Below are positions 18,481 to 26,442 of a stretch of DNA of 64,000 bases, one piece after another. The position numbers and the translations under genes were made by a program. The DNA lies in NCBI GenBank assembly GCA_964461635.1, contig CAYWVC010000001.1:627-64626 (forward strand), read 5' to 3'. Position 1 is the first letter of the stretch; every line of letters begins with the position of its first letter. Source of the DNA: an uncultured Lachnospiraceae bacterium (GTDB lineage Bacteria > Bacillota > Clostridia > Oscillospirales > CAG-272). The notes beneath the pieces were generated by a model. The model searched no databases and was not told the DNA's origin. It worked only from the letters and a program-made list of their open reading frames with translations.

Positions 18481-19209
18481 ATGATACTTGATTTGATAAG
18501 TGCCCTGAGAACGGGCGATACCGAATATGCCAAAATGCTTCTGATCGTGTTCCTTATGTGGTTGCCGATCATATTGCTGTCGCTGTCCTTTCACGAGGCA
18601 TCGCACGCTTTTATGGCGTATAAGCTTGGCGATCCGACGGCGCGGAACTTCGGTCGGGTCACGCTGAATCCCGCAAAGCACCTTGACCCCATTGGCTTTA
18701 TCGCGATGCTCGTTATGGGATTCGGTTGGGCAAAGCCGTGTCCCGTGAACACGAGAAATTTCAAAAAGCCGCGTGTCGGAATGGCGCTTACCGCGCTGGC
18801 GGGACCCGTGTCCAATCTGATACTTGCCCTGTGCTTCACCGTTCTGATGACAGTTGCGAACGTGATTACGGCCGTTTTCGGTCTGTGGGAGACCGCGGCA
18901 ATGATCTATGTCTATTATTTTCTGCGCGCCGGTATATACCTTAATGTCTCGTTGGCGATATTCAATTTTATTCCGGTCCCTCCGCTTGACGGATCCAGAA
19001 TACTCGGATTGATACTTCCGACCAAGGCTTACTATTGGTTCTTAAAGTACGAGCGATATATCGGAATAGCCTTTGCCGGAATTGTGATCGTCCTCAGCCA
19101 ATTTGGAATCTCTATTGTAGACGGCATCGTCACTCCGGTAACCGATATGCTTGAGACGCTGGCGTGGTTGCCGGCAAGCGTTATATACGCGTTACTATGG
19201 GCGAGTTAA
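18481..19209 (+). CDS. Site-2 protease family (peptidase M50) membrane metalloprotease
   Basis: 242 aa, multi-TM. HEASHAF zinc motif and a downstream FNFIPVPPLDG motif. Confidence 0.85.
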   Translation: MILDLISALRTGDTEYAKMLLIVFLMWLPIILLSLSFHEASHAFMAYKLGDPTARNFGRVTLNPAKHLDPIGFIAMLVMGFGWAKPCPVNTRNFKKPRVGMALTALAGPVSNLILALCFTVLMTVANVITAVFGLWETAAMIYVYYFLRAGIYLNVSLAIFNFIPVPPLDGSRILGLILPTKAYYWFLKYERYIGIAFAGIVIVLSQFGISIVDGIVTPVTDMLETLAWLPASVIYALLWAS

Positions 19210-20000
19210 CCTACCGGTTGGAGCAATTTGAGGGGCCCCTTGACCTGCTCCTGTCGTTGATATCAAAAAACAAGGTGAATATCGAGGATATCCCGATATC
19301 CTTGATCTGCGATCAGTATATGGAGTACATCTCCGAGCTTCAACGGCTTGATATGGAGGTCGCATCGGAGTTTATCGTTATGGCGTCGGAGCTTATGCTG
19401 ATAAAAAGCCGTATGCTGTTGCCGCGAGCCGAGGAAGAAACGGATGATCCCAGAAAGGAACTGACCGACGCGCTGTTGCGTTATCAGCAGGCAAAGGCGG
19501 CGTCGACACTGTTTGCTCCGCTTTACGCTTACTATTCTGGCAGAGCGGTAAAGGACACCGACGAGGTCACGGTCGATCGCTCGTTTGTTGCCGATCAGAA
19601 GCCGGAGGCACTCAGCTTGGCTGTCCGTCGGATACTTGCCAATACAAGTGCCGATATGCGTAACTCGGTGCAGGTCTTTACACCGATGATCAAAAAGCCG
19701 ATAGTTCCCGTCGAGGTCAAGATCGTCGGAATCATAAAGCATCTTGACACCTCGGGCGGCAAGGCTTCGCTCGGCGAGCTTCTTGACGACTCTGTATCAC
19801 TGCCCGATATGATAGCGATATTTATAGGGGTTTTGGAGCTCGTTAAGGTCAGAAGGCTGATAATAGATTCCGAAGACGGCGAAGCCGACGGAATACATTC
19901 GATCAATACGGGCTTTATACTTAATACGGATGATTCTACCGTGCTTACCGACGAGGAAGCCGATTTTATGGGAAGTGAGGCGACAGGCGATGACAGATGA
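19197..20000 (+). CDS. scpA: Segregation and condensation protein A
   Basis: Starts MGELTYRLEQFEGPLDLLLSLI (typical ScpA N-terminus) at ATG 19197. The track ORF begins upstream at 19164, inside the M50 gene. Confidence 0.88.
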   Translation: MGELTYRLEQFEGPLDLLLSLISKNKVNIEDIPISLICDQYMEYISELQRLDMEVASEFIVMASELMLIKSRMLLPRAEEETDDPRKELTDALLRYQQAKAASTLFAPLYAYYSGRAVKDTDEVTVDRSFVADQKPEALSLAVRRILANTSADMRNSVQVFTPMIKKPIVPVEVKIVGIIKHLDTSGGKASLGELLDDSVSLPDMIAIFIGVLELVKVRRLIIDSEDGEADGIHSINTGFILNTDDSTVLTDEEADFMGSEATGDDR

Positions 20001-20649
20001 TATAGAACGCGTGTCGGATGTCCGATCGGAGGCAACGTCCGATGAGGCTTTGAATACTGTTGCCGATATACGTCGGGCGATAGAAGCGATACTTTTCGCC
20101 GCGGGCTATCCTATGAGCTATGATAAGCTGGGCGAGGTGCTGGGACTTGCACCTAATGACGTCAAACTTATGGTAGAGGATATGCAAAGAGATTTCAACG
20201 GGGACGACTCGCCGCGCGGGATACAACTGTTGACCTTTCCCGATACCTGTCAGCTTTGTACGAAGGAACGTTTTATGCCGTATATCCGTGAAGCACTCGG
20301 AATCAAGCGTGGCGGAAATTTGTCGGCATCATCTCTTGAGGTGATGGCGGTCGTGGCTTACAATCAGCCGGTAACGCGCGCTTTTATTGATCAAGTTCGC
20401 GGCGTGGACAGCAGCTACGCCGTTAATTCGCTTATTGATAAGGGACTTATTGAATCGTGCGGCAGGCTTGACGCACCGGGTCGCCCGATGCTTTTTGCCA
20501 CAACCGACAAATTCCTGCGTGTGTTCGGCTTTAATTCGCTTGACGATCTCCCCGTGACCGAGCCGCTCGTCGATCCCGCGGCGAACAAGGCTCCCGAGGC
20601 GGACGTGAATAGTGCCGAAGTTCCCGCTTTGGCGGCAGACTCGGAATAA
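19990..20649 (+). CDS. scpB: Segregation and condensation protein B
   Basis: From ATG 19990 (MTDDIERV...). AIEAILFAAGYPMSY, VVAYNQPVTRAFIDQVRGVDS, GRPMLFATTDKFL motifs. Confidence 0.88.
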   Translation: MTDDIERVSDVRSEATSDEALNTVADIRRAIEAILFAAGYPMSYDKLGEVLGLAPNDVKLMVEDMQRDFNGDDSPRGIQLLTFPDTCQLCTKERFMPYIREALGIKRGGNLSASSLEVMAVVAYNQPVTRAFIDQVRGVDSSYAVNSLIDKGLIESCGRLDAPGRPMLFATTDKFLRVFGFNSLDDLPVTEPLVDPAANKAPEADVNSAEVPALAADSE

Positions 20650-20677
20650 AAACTGTTATTTCCCTAAAAGGAGAGGT

Positions 20678-21364
20678 ATGACGGTAGTATTGATAGTGTT
20701 GGGCGTGCTCATCCTGCTGATTGCGGGAGTGTTGCTTTTGCGCGCTACTGTTACAATTAAATACCGTGATGAGGTTACTTTGACCTTACGGGTGCTTTTC
20801 TTTAACCTTCGCCTCTTGCCCGCCAAGGAAAAAAAGCCCCCGCGACTTCGGGACTATACCCCCGCGAGGTTCAGAAGGATGCTGAAAAAGAAGCGGCGCA
20901 AGGCTGAAAAGAAACGGCTTAAGGCTAAGAAAAAGGCAGAGAAGAAAGCGGCAAAGAAAGCCTTGAAAAAGAGCCAAAAGCAGATGCCGGGTCATCAAAG
21001 CTCCAAGAAGCGCGACCTGCTTGAAAACATAGAGCTTGTGAAGGCACTTGTCGAAGTCTTTTGCAAAAGATTTGCAAAGCACCTGCGTGTGACCGTTGCG
21101 CGTCTTAAGATCACGGTGGCATCGGATGAGGCTGCAAAGACTGCGTATATGTACGGGGCTGTCTCGCAATCGGTGGCATATTTGACGGAAGTGCTTGACC
21201 GAATCACCAATCTGCGTTATACTAATGACGCGGAGCTGGGGGTGTTGGTGGATTTCAGCGAAACCAAACCTACCGCAGATATAGATATATCGGTATCAAT
21301 GCGGGTGTGGCAGCTTTTGGATGTGCTGTTGCGCACCGGATTTACCTTTTTACAGAAAAGATAG
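20678..21364 (+). CDS. DUF2953 (YtfI-like) sporulation-associated membrane protein
   Basis: From ATG 20678 (SD aaaggagagg). N-terminal TM, then the LRVLFFNLRLLPAK pattern and a Lys-rich linker. Precedes ytfJ as in Bacillus ytfI-ytfJ. Confidence 0.7.
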   Translation: MTVVLIVLGVLILLIAGVLLLRATVTIKYRDEVTLTLRVLFFNLRLLPAKEKKPPRLRDYTPARFRRMLKKKRRKAEKKRLKAKKKAEKKAAKKALKKSQKQMPGHQSSKKRDLLENIELVKALVEVFCKRFAKHLRVTVARLKITVASDEAAKTAYMYGAVSQSVAYLTEVLDRITNLRYTNDAELGVLVDFSETKPTADIDISVSMRVWQLLDVLLRTGFTFLQKR

Positions 21365-21398
21365 AATATAAAAAAACATATATCGAAAGGAAGAAGTT

Positions 21399-21848
21399 AT
21401 GCAAAACGATACCAAGCTTCAGGACATGATCCGCACGTCACTTGAAAATATCCGTTCGTTGGTGGATGCCAATACCGTTATAGGCAATCCCATCAATACC
21501 GAATCGGGAACGACCATAATTCCCGTTTCGAAGATCTCGGTCGGATATGTATCCGGCGGACTTGACTACGCCGTCAAGAACGAGCCGGTAAATTCGACAA
21601 AGCCCAAGAACTTCGGCGGAGGCGGTGGCACCGGGCTCACCGTTACGCCGCTCGGCTTTCTCGCAGTGACGAAGGACGGCCGCGTTGAGATGATCAACGT
21701 AGATGGAAAGGCTCCCGCCGATCCGGTCGGACAGATAACCTCCTTGATCGATCGCTCCCCTGAGATCATTGCGAAGATTAAGGCACTCTTCGAAAAAATC
21801 GTTCCCGACAAAGAAGAAAAGACCGAGGACGTAGAAAACCCCGATTAA
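21399..21848 (+). CDS. ytfJ: GerW/YtfJ family sporulation protein
   Basis: 149 aa. TIIPVSKISVGYVSGG...GGGGGTGLTVTPLGFL pattern typical of YtfJ. Confidence 0.85.
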   Translation: MQNDTKLQDMIRTSLENIRSLVDANTVIGNPINTESGTTIIPVSKISVGYVSGGLDYAVKNEPVNSTKPKNFGGGGGTGLTVTPLGFLAVTKDGRVEMINVDGKAPADPVGQITSLIDRSPEIIAKIKALFEKIVPDKEEKTEDVENPD

Positions 21849-21919
21849 AAGCACGTAAGATAAAGGCATATATTTCCCCGATTTTTATATAATTAATTGT
21901 GTGATAAAGGGGGAAGTAT

Positions 21920-23005
21920 ATGCCTTTAAGATGCAGATTCACGGCGGCCCTGCTTGCCGTGCTTATAGTTGTGCCTTTGTTGACCTTTCCGATCGGCGCG
22001 GACTCGGTCATTCCGTCGCTGTCGGCAAAAAGCGCGATCTTGATCGACGCCTTCGACGGGCGAGTCCTTTACGAGCTGAACGCGCGTGTTCGGATGCCAA
22101 TGGCAAGCACGACGAAGATAATGACGGCTCTTGTGGCATTGGAGCACGGAAAGCTTGACGATACCGTGGAGATAGCCTCCGATGCGACGGGAGTTGAAGG
22201 CTCATCGGTATATCTTCGCGTGGGCGAGAGGTGGACCTTGAGGGAGCTGCTGTACGCGCTGATGCTTGCATCTGCAAACGACGCGGCGACCGCGATAGCG
22301 ATACATATAGGCGGATCGGTAGAGAATTTTGCTTGCCTTATGAATGAGAGGGCGATCGAGCTTGGCTTGCGGGATACTCATTTTCAAAATCCTCACGGCT
22401 TGGATGCCGAGGGGCACTATACCTCTGCTTACGATCTTGCCTTGCTCACCGCCGAAGCGTTGAAAAATCGCGATTTTCTTGCTGTCGTGTCAACGCCCTC
22501 ATATACGGTAAGCGGCAACGGCGCCGATGGTGCTCGCTATTTGACCAATCATAACCGTATGCTGCGAACCTATTCCGGGGCGATCGGTGTAAAAACAGGG
22601 TATACGAAAAAAAGCGGCAGGTGCCTCGTTACCGCGGCGGAGCGAGGTGGCTTGCGCCTTGTTGCAGTCACGCTTTCAGCCCCCGATGATTGGAACGATC
22701 ATAAAAAGCTGCTTGACTTTGGCTTTGAATATTATCGCGCGTATAAATTCGGCAATGCCGGAGATGTCTTTTATGAGGTGCCGTTGGTATCCGGGGATGA
22801 TTATAGCGTGTTTGGCGTGTTGAAGGCTGACGTTATCGGCACTGTGCTTCGTTACGGCGGGCAGATCACGTACGTTGTGGAGGCTCCGCGCTTTTTATGG
22901 AGATTGCCGAAGGACGGCGACGTTATCGGGCGTGTGGTCTTCTTGCGCAACGGAGAGTACGTTGCCGAGGGTGAGCTCGCGGTAAAGCTTAAATACGGAA
23001 AATAA
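21920..23005 (+). CDS. D-alanyl-D-alanine carboxypeptidase (peptidase S11, DacB-like)
   Basis: 361 aa. Signal peptide, SxxK (ASTTKIM), KTG (GVKTGYT), C-terminal PBP5_C-like domain. Confidence 0.88.
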   Translation: MPLRCRFTAALLAVLIVVPLLTFPIGADSVIPSLSAKSAILIDAFDGRVLYELNARVRMPMASTTKIMTALVALEHGKLDDTVEIASDATGVEGSSVYLRVGERWTLRELLYALMLASANDAATAIAIHIGGSVENFACLMNERAIELGLRDTHFQNPHGLDAEGHYTSAYDLALLTAEALKNRDFLAVVSTPSYTVSGNGADGARYLTNHNRMLRTYSGAIGVKTGYTKKSGRCLVTAAERGGLRLVAVTLSAPDDWNDHKKLLDFGFEYYRAYKFGNAGDVFYEVPLVSGDDYSVFGVLKADVIGTVLRYGGQITYVVEAPRFLWRLPKDGDVIGRVVFLRNGEYVAEGELAVKLKYGK

Positions 23006-23025
23006 ACTTATTGTGGAAATTTGTG

Positions 23026-23766
23026 ATGGAAGTAAGGATACAAAAATATTTTACCGATTGCGGGGTTATGTCGCGACGCGCCGCCGAGGCTGAGATACTT
23101 GCCGGACGCGTGACCGTGAACGGAGCCTGCGCTACGGTGGGACAGAAAATTGATACCGAGCGCGACGTGGTTAGCTATAACGGCAGACGGGTAGAGCCCG
23201 TTTCCGACCGACACGTTTACGTTATGCTGAACAAACCGCGCGGATACGTCACTACGGCTTCGGATGAAAAGGGAAGGCGTTGCGTTACCGACCTTGTTGC
23301 CGACGCGGGGGTGAGGCTCTATCCCGTCGGGCGGCTCGATATGGATTCGGACGGGCTTTTGTTGCTTACCAACGACGGTGAGCTGACAAACTTTTTGACG
23401 CATCCGAGACATTCGATCCCCAAAATATATCAAGTGTACCTGAAAGGACGGATCTCGCCCGAAAAGCTTGCAACACTTGGTGAAGGTATCAATATCGACG
23501 GAAAAATGACAAGGAAAGCCGACGTGCGTTTGATCGGGCTTGATAATACCTCGACGCTCGTTGAAATAACGCTGTTTGAGGGGAGAAACCGTCAGATACG
23601 CCGTATGTGCGAGGATAAAGGGCTTGATATCGTACGTTTGTCGCGGGTAGCCATCGGAAAGGTAAAGCTCGGCAATTTAGCCCCCGGAAAGTGGAGAAAG
23701 CTGAACGGAGATGAGGTAAGGTACTTTCGAAATGCTATGAAAAGAGAGGAAAAAGATAATGCTTGA
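23026..23766 (+). CDS. rluB: rRNA pseudouridine synthase (RsuA/RluB family)
   Basis: From ATG 23026. S4 domain (IQKYFTDCGVMSRRAAE), catalytic GRLDMDSDGLLLLTNDG. Confidence 0.88.
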   Translation: MEVRIQKYFTDCGVMSRRAAEAEILAGRVTVNGACATVGQKIDTERDVVSYNGRRVEPVSDRHVYVMLNKPRGYVTTASDEKGRRCVTDLVADAGVRLYPVGRLDMDSDGLLLLTNDGELTNFLTHPRHSIPKIYQVYLKGRISPEKLATLGEGINIDGKMTRKADVRLIGLDNTSTLVEITLFEGRNRQIRRMCEDKGLDIVRLSRVAIGKVKLGNLAPGKWRKLNGDEVRYFRNAMKREEKDNA

Positions 23767-24172
23767 GGTCTTGCCGATACAGACGAAGGAAGAGCAGAGA
23801 AGTGCTTGCGAGGCGTGCCGTATTCCCTATGATTGCGATCTTCTTGCATATAAGCTGCTTGATGACGGTAAGCTTGCCGCTGCGTGCCAATTCAGGCTGT
23901 CACCGCGCGGCGGAGAGCTTTTGAATATCTCGTGCGTGAGCGAGGTGCAGGATACCGTTTATATTATGCTGCTTGGCAGGGGATTTTTTAACTTTGCGGA
24001 TCTGTGCGGAATGAAACGGGCGTTTCTCTGCGATAAAACGTTAGAGCGGCGCCTGGCACTGGTAATAGGCTTCTCGGGCAATGACGGAGAAGAGATGTCC
24101 GTTGATCTGACAAGCTTTTTTCATTCGCCGTGTCAGCACGGTCACGGTTTCTCGGATACCGGGGCAAAATAA
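23759..24172 (+). CDS. Hypothetical protein
   Basis: 137 aa. 8-nt overlap with the rluB end. No motif recognised. Confidence 0.45.
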   Translation: MLEVLPIQTKEEQRSACEACRIPYDCDLLAYKLLDDGKLAAACQFRLSPRGGELLNISCVSEVQDTVYIMLLGRGFFNFADLCGMKRAFLCDKTLERRLALVIGFSGNDGEEMSVDLTSFFHSPCQHGHGFSDTGAK

Positions 24173-24216
24173 TACAAATACTGCTATATGTAGTAGTTAA
24201 AATCAGAAAAGCATAT

Positions 24217-24246
24217 CGGGGCAGGTCTGCATGCAGACCTGCCCCG
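24217..24246. terminator. Bidirectional terminator (30-nt perfect palindrome)
   Basis: cggggcaggtctgcatgcagacctgccccg. On the minus strand it is followed by atatgcTTTTcTgaTTTT, downstream of the SASP gene. Confidence 0.75.
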
Positions 24247-24285
24247 AGTCCGATATTTCGGACGGTCAAGCGTAAATCGCCTTGC

Positions 24286-24474
24286 TTACTTGGACTTTAT
24301 CTCGTTCTCGTACTTCTCGACCATCTTCTTGACCATCTGACCGCCGATGGAGCCGGCCTGACGGGCAGTAAGATCGCCGTTATATCCCTGATTCAGAGTA
24401 ACGCCTACTTCGTTAGCCGCCTCGGTCTTGAACTGATCAAGAGCCTTCTTTGCTTCGGGTACAAGTGTTGCCAT
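24286..24474 (-). CDS. Alpha/beta-type small acid-soluble spore protein
   Basis: 62 aa. LDQFKTEAANEVGV ... LTARQAGSIGGQMVKKMV is the classic SASP signature. SD aaggaga. Confidence 0.92.
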   Translation of the reverse strand: MATLVPEAKKALDQFKTEAANEVGVTLNQGYNGDLTARQAGSIGGQMVKKMVEKYENEIKSK

Positions 24475-24656
24475 ATTGATTCTCCTTATTGGGTCAATTA
24501 TTTGACCGTTTTTTCATACTATCTATGATTAATTGAGCCGCATTCGCGCGCTCTGTTATTATTATTTTCGCGATGTCGCCGTTTATGAATGGCAATTATT
24601 TGTCGATGAATTTCATTTCAAAGATGGAAGCAACACGTTTGAAAAGCAAAAGAATC

Positions 24657-24693
24657 GGCTCCGCCCGGGCACATAAAGTGCCTGAGCGGAGCC
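24657..24693 (-). terminator. Rho-independent terminator of the SBP-GLUG operon
   Basis: ggctccgc / gcggagcc outer stem with inner gggcac/gtgcc. The minus strand continues gattcTTTTgcTTTT. Confidence 0.7.
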
Positions 24694-24717
24694 TGCTGAT
24701 CTTTATATAGTTTTGAA

Positions 24718-26436
24718 TTAATATTTTTTCTTAACAACGACGAATGCCGCGCCGCCTATGAGGACCGCAACAACCGCCGCAACCGTGGTTATGCCACCGC
24801 ATCCGCCGGGGTTATTGTCACTCGCCGGTGCATTGGTGGACGGAGCGGAGGTGTTGTTCGGAACCTTCGTAGTAGTGTTCGTTTGCGGAGTATTCGTGTT
24901 TGTGGGTTCATCATCCGCCACTGTCGTATCGGGGTTATCGGCTTTATACAGGGCGTAAAGCCGATCGAATTCCTCGGCGATCAAAGCTTTGACTGCGCTC
25001 TGAATTCCCGAAAGCTTGACGGCTGCTTCGTAGTTTCCGACCGTCGGGATATCTCCCGCATTGGCGACCCAAGCGCCGCCCGTAATGCCGGCATCGTAGT
25101 TCGTTGCAACGAATTCGGTCATATAATCCATCATAGCTTTTCCGTTGGTGTACGCTTCCATCGCCGTAATCTCTTCGTGATAGTAATTGGCATACAAAAC
25201 AGAGTCCTCAATAGCGGCGGCGATCTCGCCCTCTGCCGTTGTGCCGAGGTTCATATTGACAAGAGCCGCATCGCCTTGCATTTCAATTAAGGAGAGCTTC
25301 TTAAAAAGTGTAGTATCCACGTTTTGAGCGTCGGTGCCTATGAAGTGCTCATCAAGCGCATAGCAATCCGCAAATGTCATAGCGTTTTTGCAGTGCCCTG
25401 CGATCGAACCGTAGAAGGTATCCTCGTCAGAGGTAGTCTCACTTGTTTGGGCATCCTTTGTAAATTTGATCGTAGCGGTGGTGAAGCAGTTCGTTATGGA
25501 TCCGCCTGCAACGTGTCCGGCTCTTCCGGATATACCTCCGGCGAAGTTACTTGACTCTTTTGCCACGTCCGCACGGCTGACGATAGTGCCGGTGGAGTAG
25601 CAATATTTAATATGCGTAGGGGCACTGCTTGCTCCTTGACATCCTATAATTCCGCCGAGCAATACCGCTTTTTTCGCGCTTGTCTCTCTTTCGGGGGCGA
25701 TCGAAATATCCGAGTTACTTCCGCAGTATGATATCGTTGTGCCGCCCGCAACTCCCACGATACCGCCGGCAAAAATGTCCTTGCTTTCAACGTTAGTCGT
25801 AATGACGATGGTTGAATCGGAAACGCATCCGGTGATCTCGTTTGTGCCGGTATCTAATCTTCCGACAATGCCTCCGACCGCAAATCCGTCGATGTTGTCG
25901 ATCTTTGTGCGGCAGTTAATGAACTTGCAGTTATTATAAGCATATCCCGCTATACCGCCGACGTAGGTTCCGCTGCACAGCGATCCGGTAACTTTGAGGT
26001 TCTTTATAGTGCATTCGCTGACACCGCCGAAAAGACCGCCGTTGTCTTGAGTGCTCGACGGAACGGTGCTGACCTTGAGTCCCGAAACGGTGTGATTGTC
26101 ACCGTCGAATACGCCCGTAAAGGGTTTGTCCTTGACCCTGTATCCGATCGGTGTCCATTCGTTATCTTGAAGGTTGATATCCGTAGTTAGCTTGTAATAT
26201 ACGGGCGAGCTGTCGGCGTTTGTTATGTCGTTATAGTTTTTGGAAAGATAAGCAAGCTCGGTAGCCGAACCGATCAGATAAGGCGATGCCTCGGTGCCTT
26301 CGCCGCCGCTGAAGCCGGACGCGATCGACTGTCCGTCCCACGAGTCGGCAGAAGCGGGGATAGCGAGAAGCATAGGAACGGAAAGTGCTACGAGAGCCGC
26401 GGCAAGTATTATTGCTGTTATATTCTTGATCTTCAT
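24718..26436 (-). CDS. GLUG-motif repeat cell-surface protein with a C-terminal PGGC-TM-KKKY tail
   Basis: 572 aa. Signal peptide. Repeated GG(I/L)(A/V/I)G...I.NC units (GGIAGYAYNNCKFINC, GGIVGRL, GGIVGVAGG, GGIIGC, GGISGRAG). T/N/P-rich linker and a C-terminal TM. Confidence 0.8.
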   Translation of the reverse strand: MKIKNITAIILAAALVALSVPMLLAIPASADSWDGQSIASGFSGGEGTEASPYLIGSATELAYLSKNYNDITNADSSPVYYKLTTDINLQDNEWTPIGYRVKDKPFTGVFDGDNHTVSGLKVSTVPSSTQDNGGLFGGVSECTIKNLKVTGSLCSGTYVGGIAGYAYNNCKFINCRTKIDNIDGFAVGGIVGRLDTGTNEITGCVSDSTIVITTNVESKDIFAGGIVGVAGGTTISYCGSNSDISIAPERETSAKKAVLLGGIIGCQGASSAPTHIKYCYSTGTIVSRADVAKESSNFAGGISGRAGHVAGGSITNCFTTATIKFTKDAQTSETTSDEDTFYGSIAGHCKNAMTFADCYALDEHFIGTDAQNVDTTLFKKLSLIEMQGDAALVNMNLGTTAEGEIAAAIEDSVLYANYYHEEITAMEAYTNGKAMMDYMTEFVATNYDAGITGGAWVANAGDIPTVGNYEAAVKLSGIQSAVKALIAEEFDRLYALYKADNPDTTVADDEPTNTNTPQTNTTTKVPNNTSAPSTNAPASDNNPGGCGGITTVAAVVAVLIGGAAFVVVKKKY

Positions 26437-26442
26437 TGTCTT

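Noticed and set aside
19164-20677. Apparent long gene overlaps from track starts at 19164 (scpA), 19930 (scpB), 20612 (DUF2953), and similarly 51106 (metG), 52972 (esterase), 57092 (isomerase), 63130 (MATE).
   Set aside because: In each case a downstream ATG with a proper SD gives the conserved family N-terminus. The upstream extensions run into the preceding gene or a promoter. Starts were re-assigned, and no programmed overlap or frameshift is needed.
20868-20985. A purine-rich aag/aaa/gcn repetitive stretch that looks like a tandem DNA repeat.
   Set aside because: It is in-frame coding for the Lys/Ala-rich linker (KKKRRKAEKKRLKAKKKAEKKAAKKALKK) of the DUF2953 protein, i.e. low-complexity protein sequence. 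The gag/gat repeat at 39498-39535 likewise encodes the poly-Ser linker of the J-protein on the minus strand.
24217-24246. A 30-nt perfect palindrome, considered as a recombinase or operator site.
   Set aside because: It sits exactly between convergent genes and is GC-rich, with a T-run on the minus-strand side. Similar perfect palindromes occur at other convergent junctions (38472-38517, 11762-11797). It is a bidirectional intrinsic terminator.
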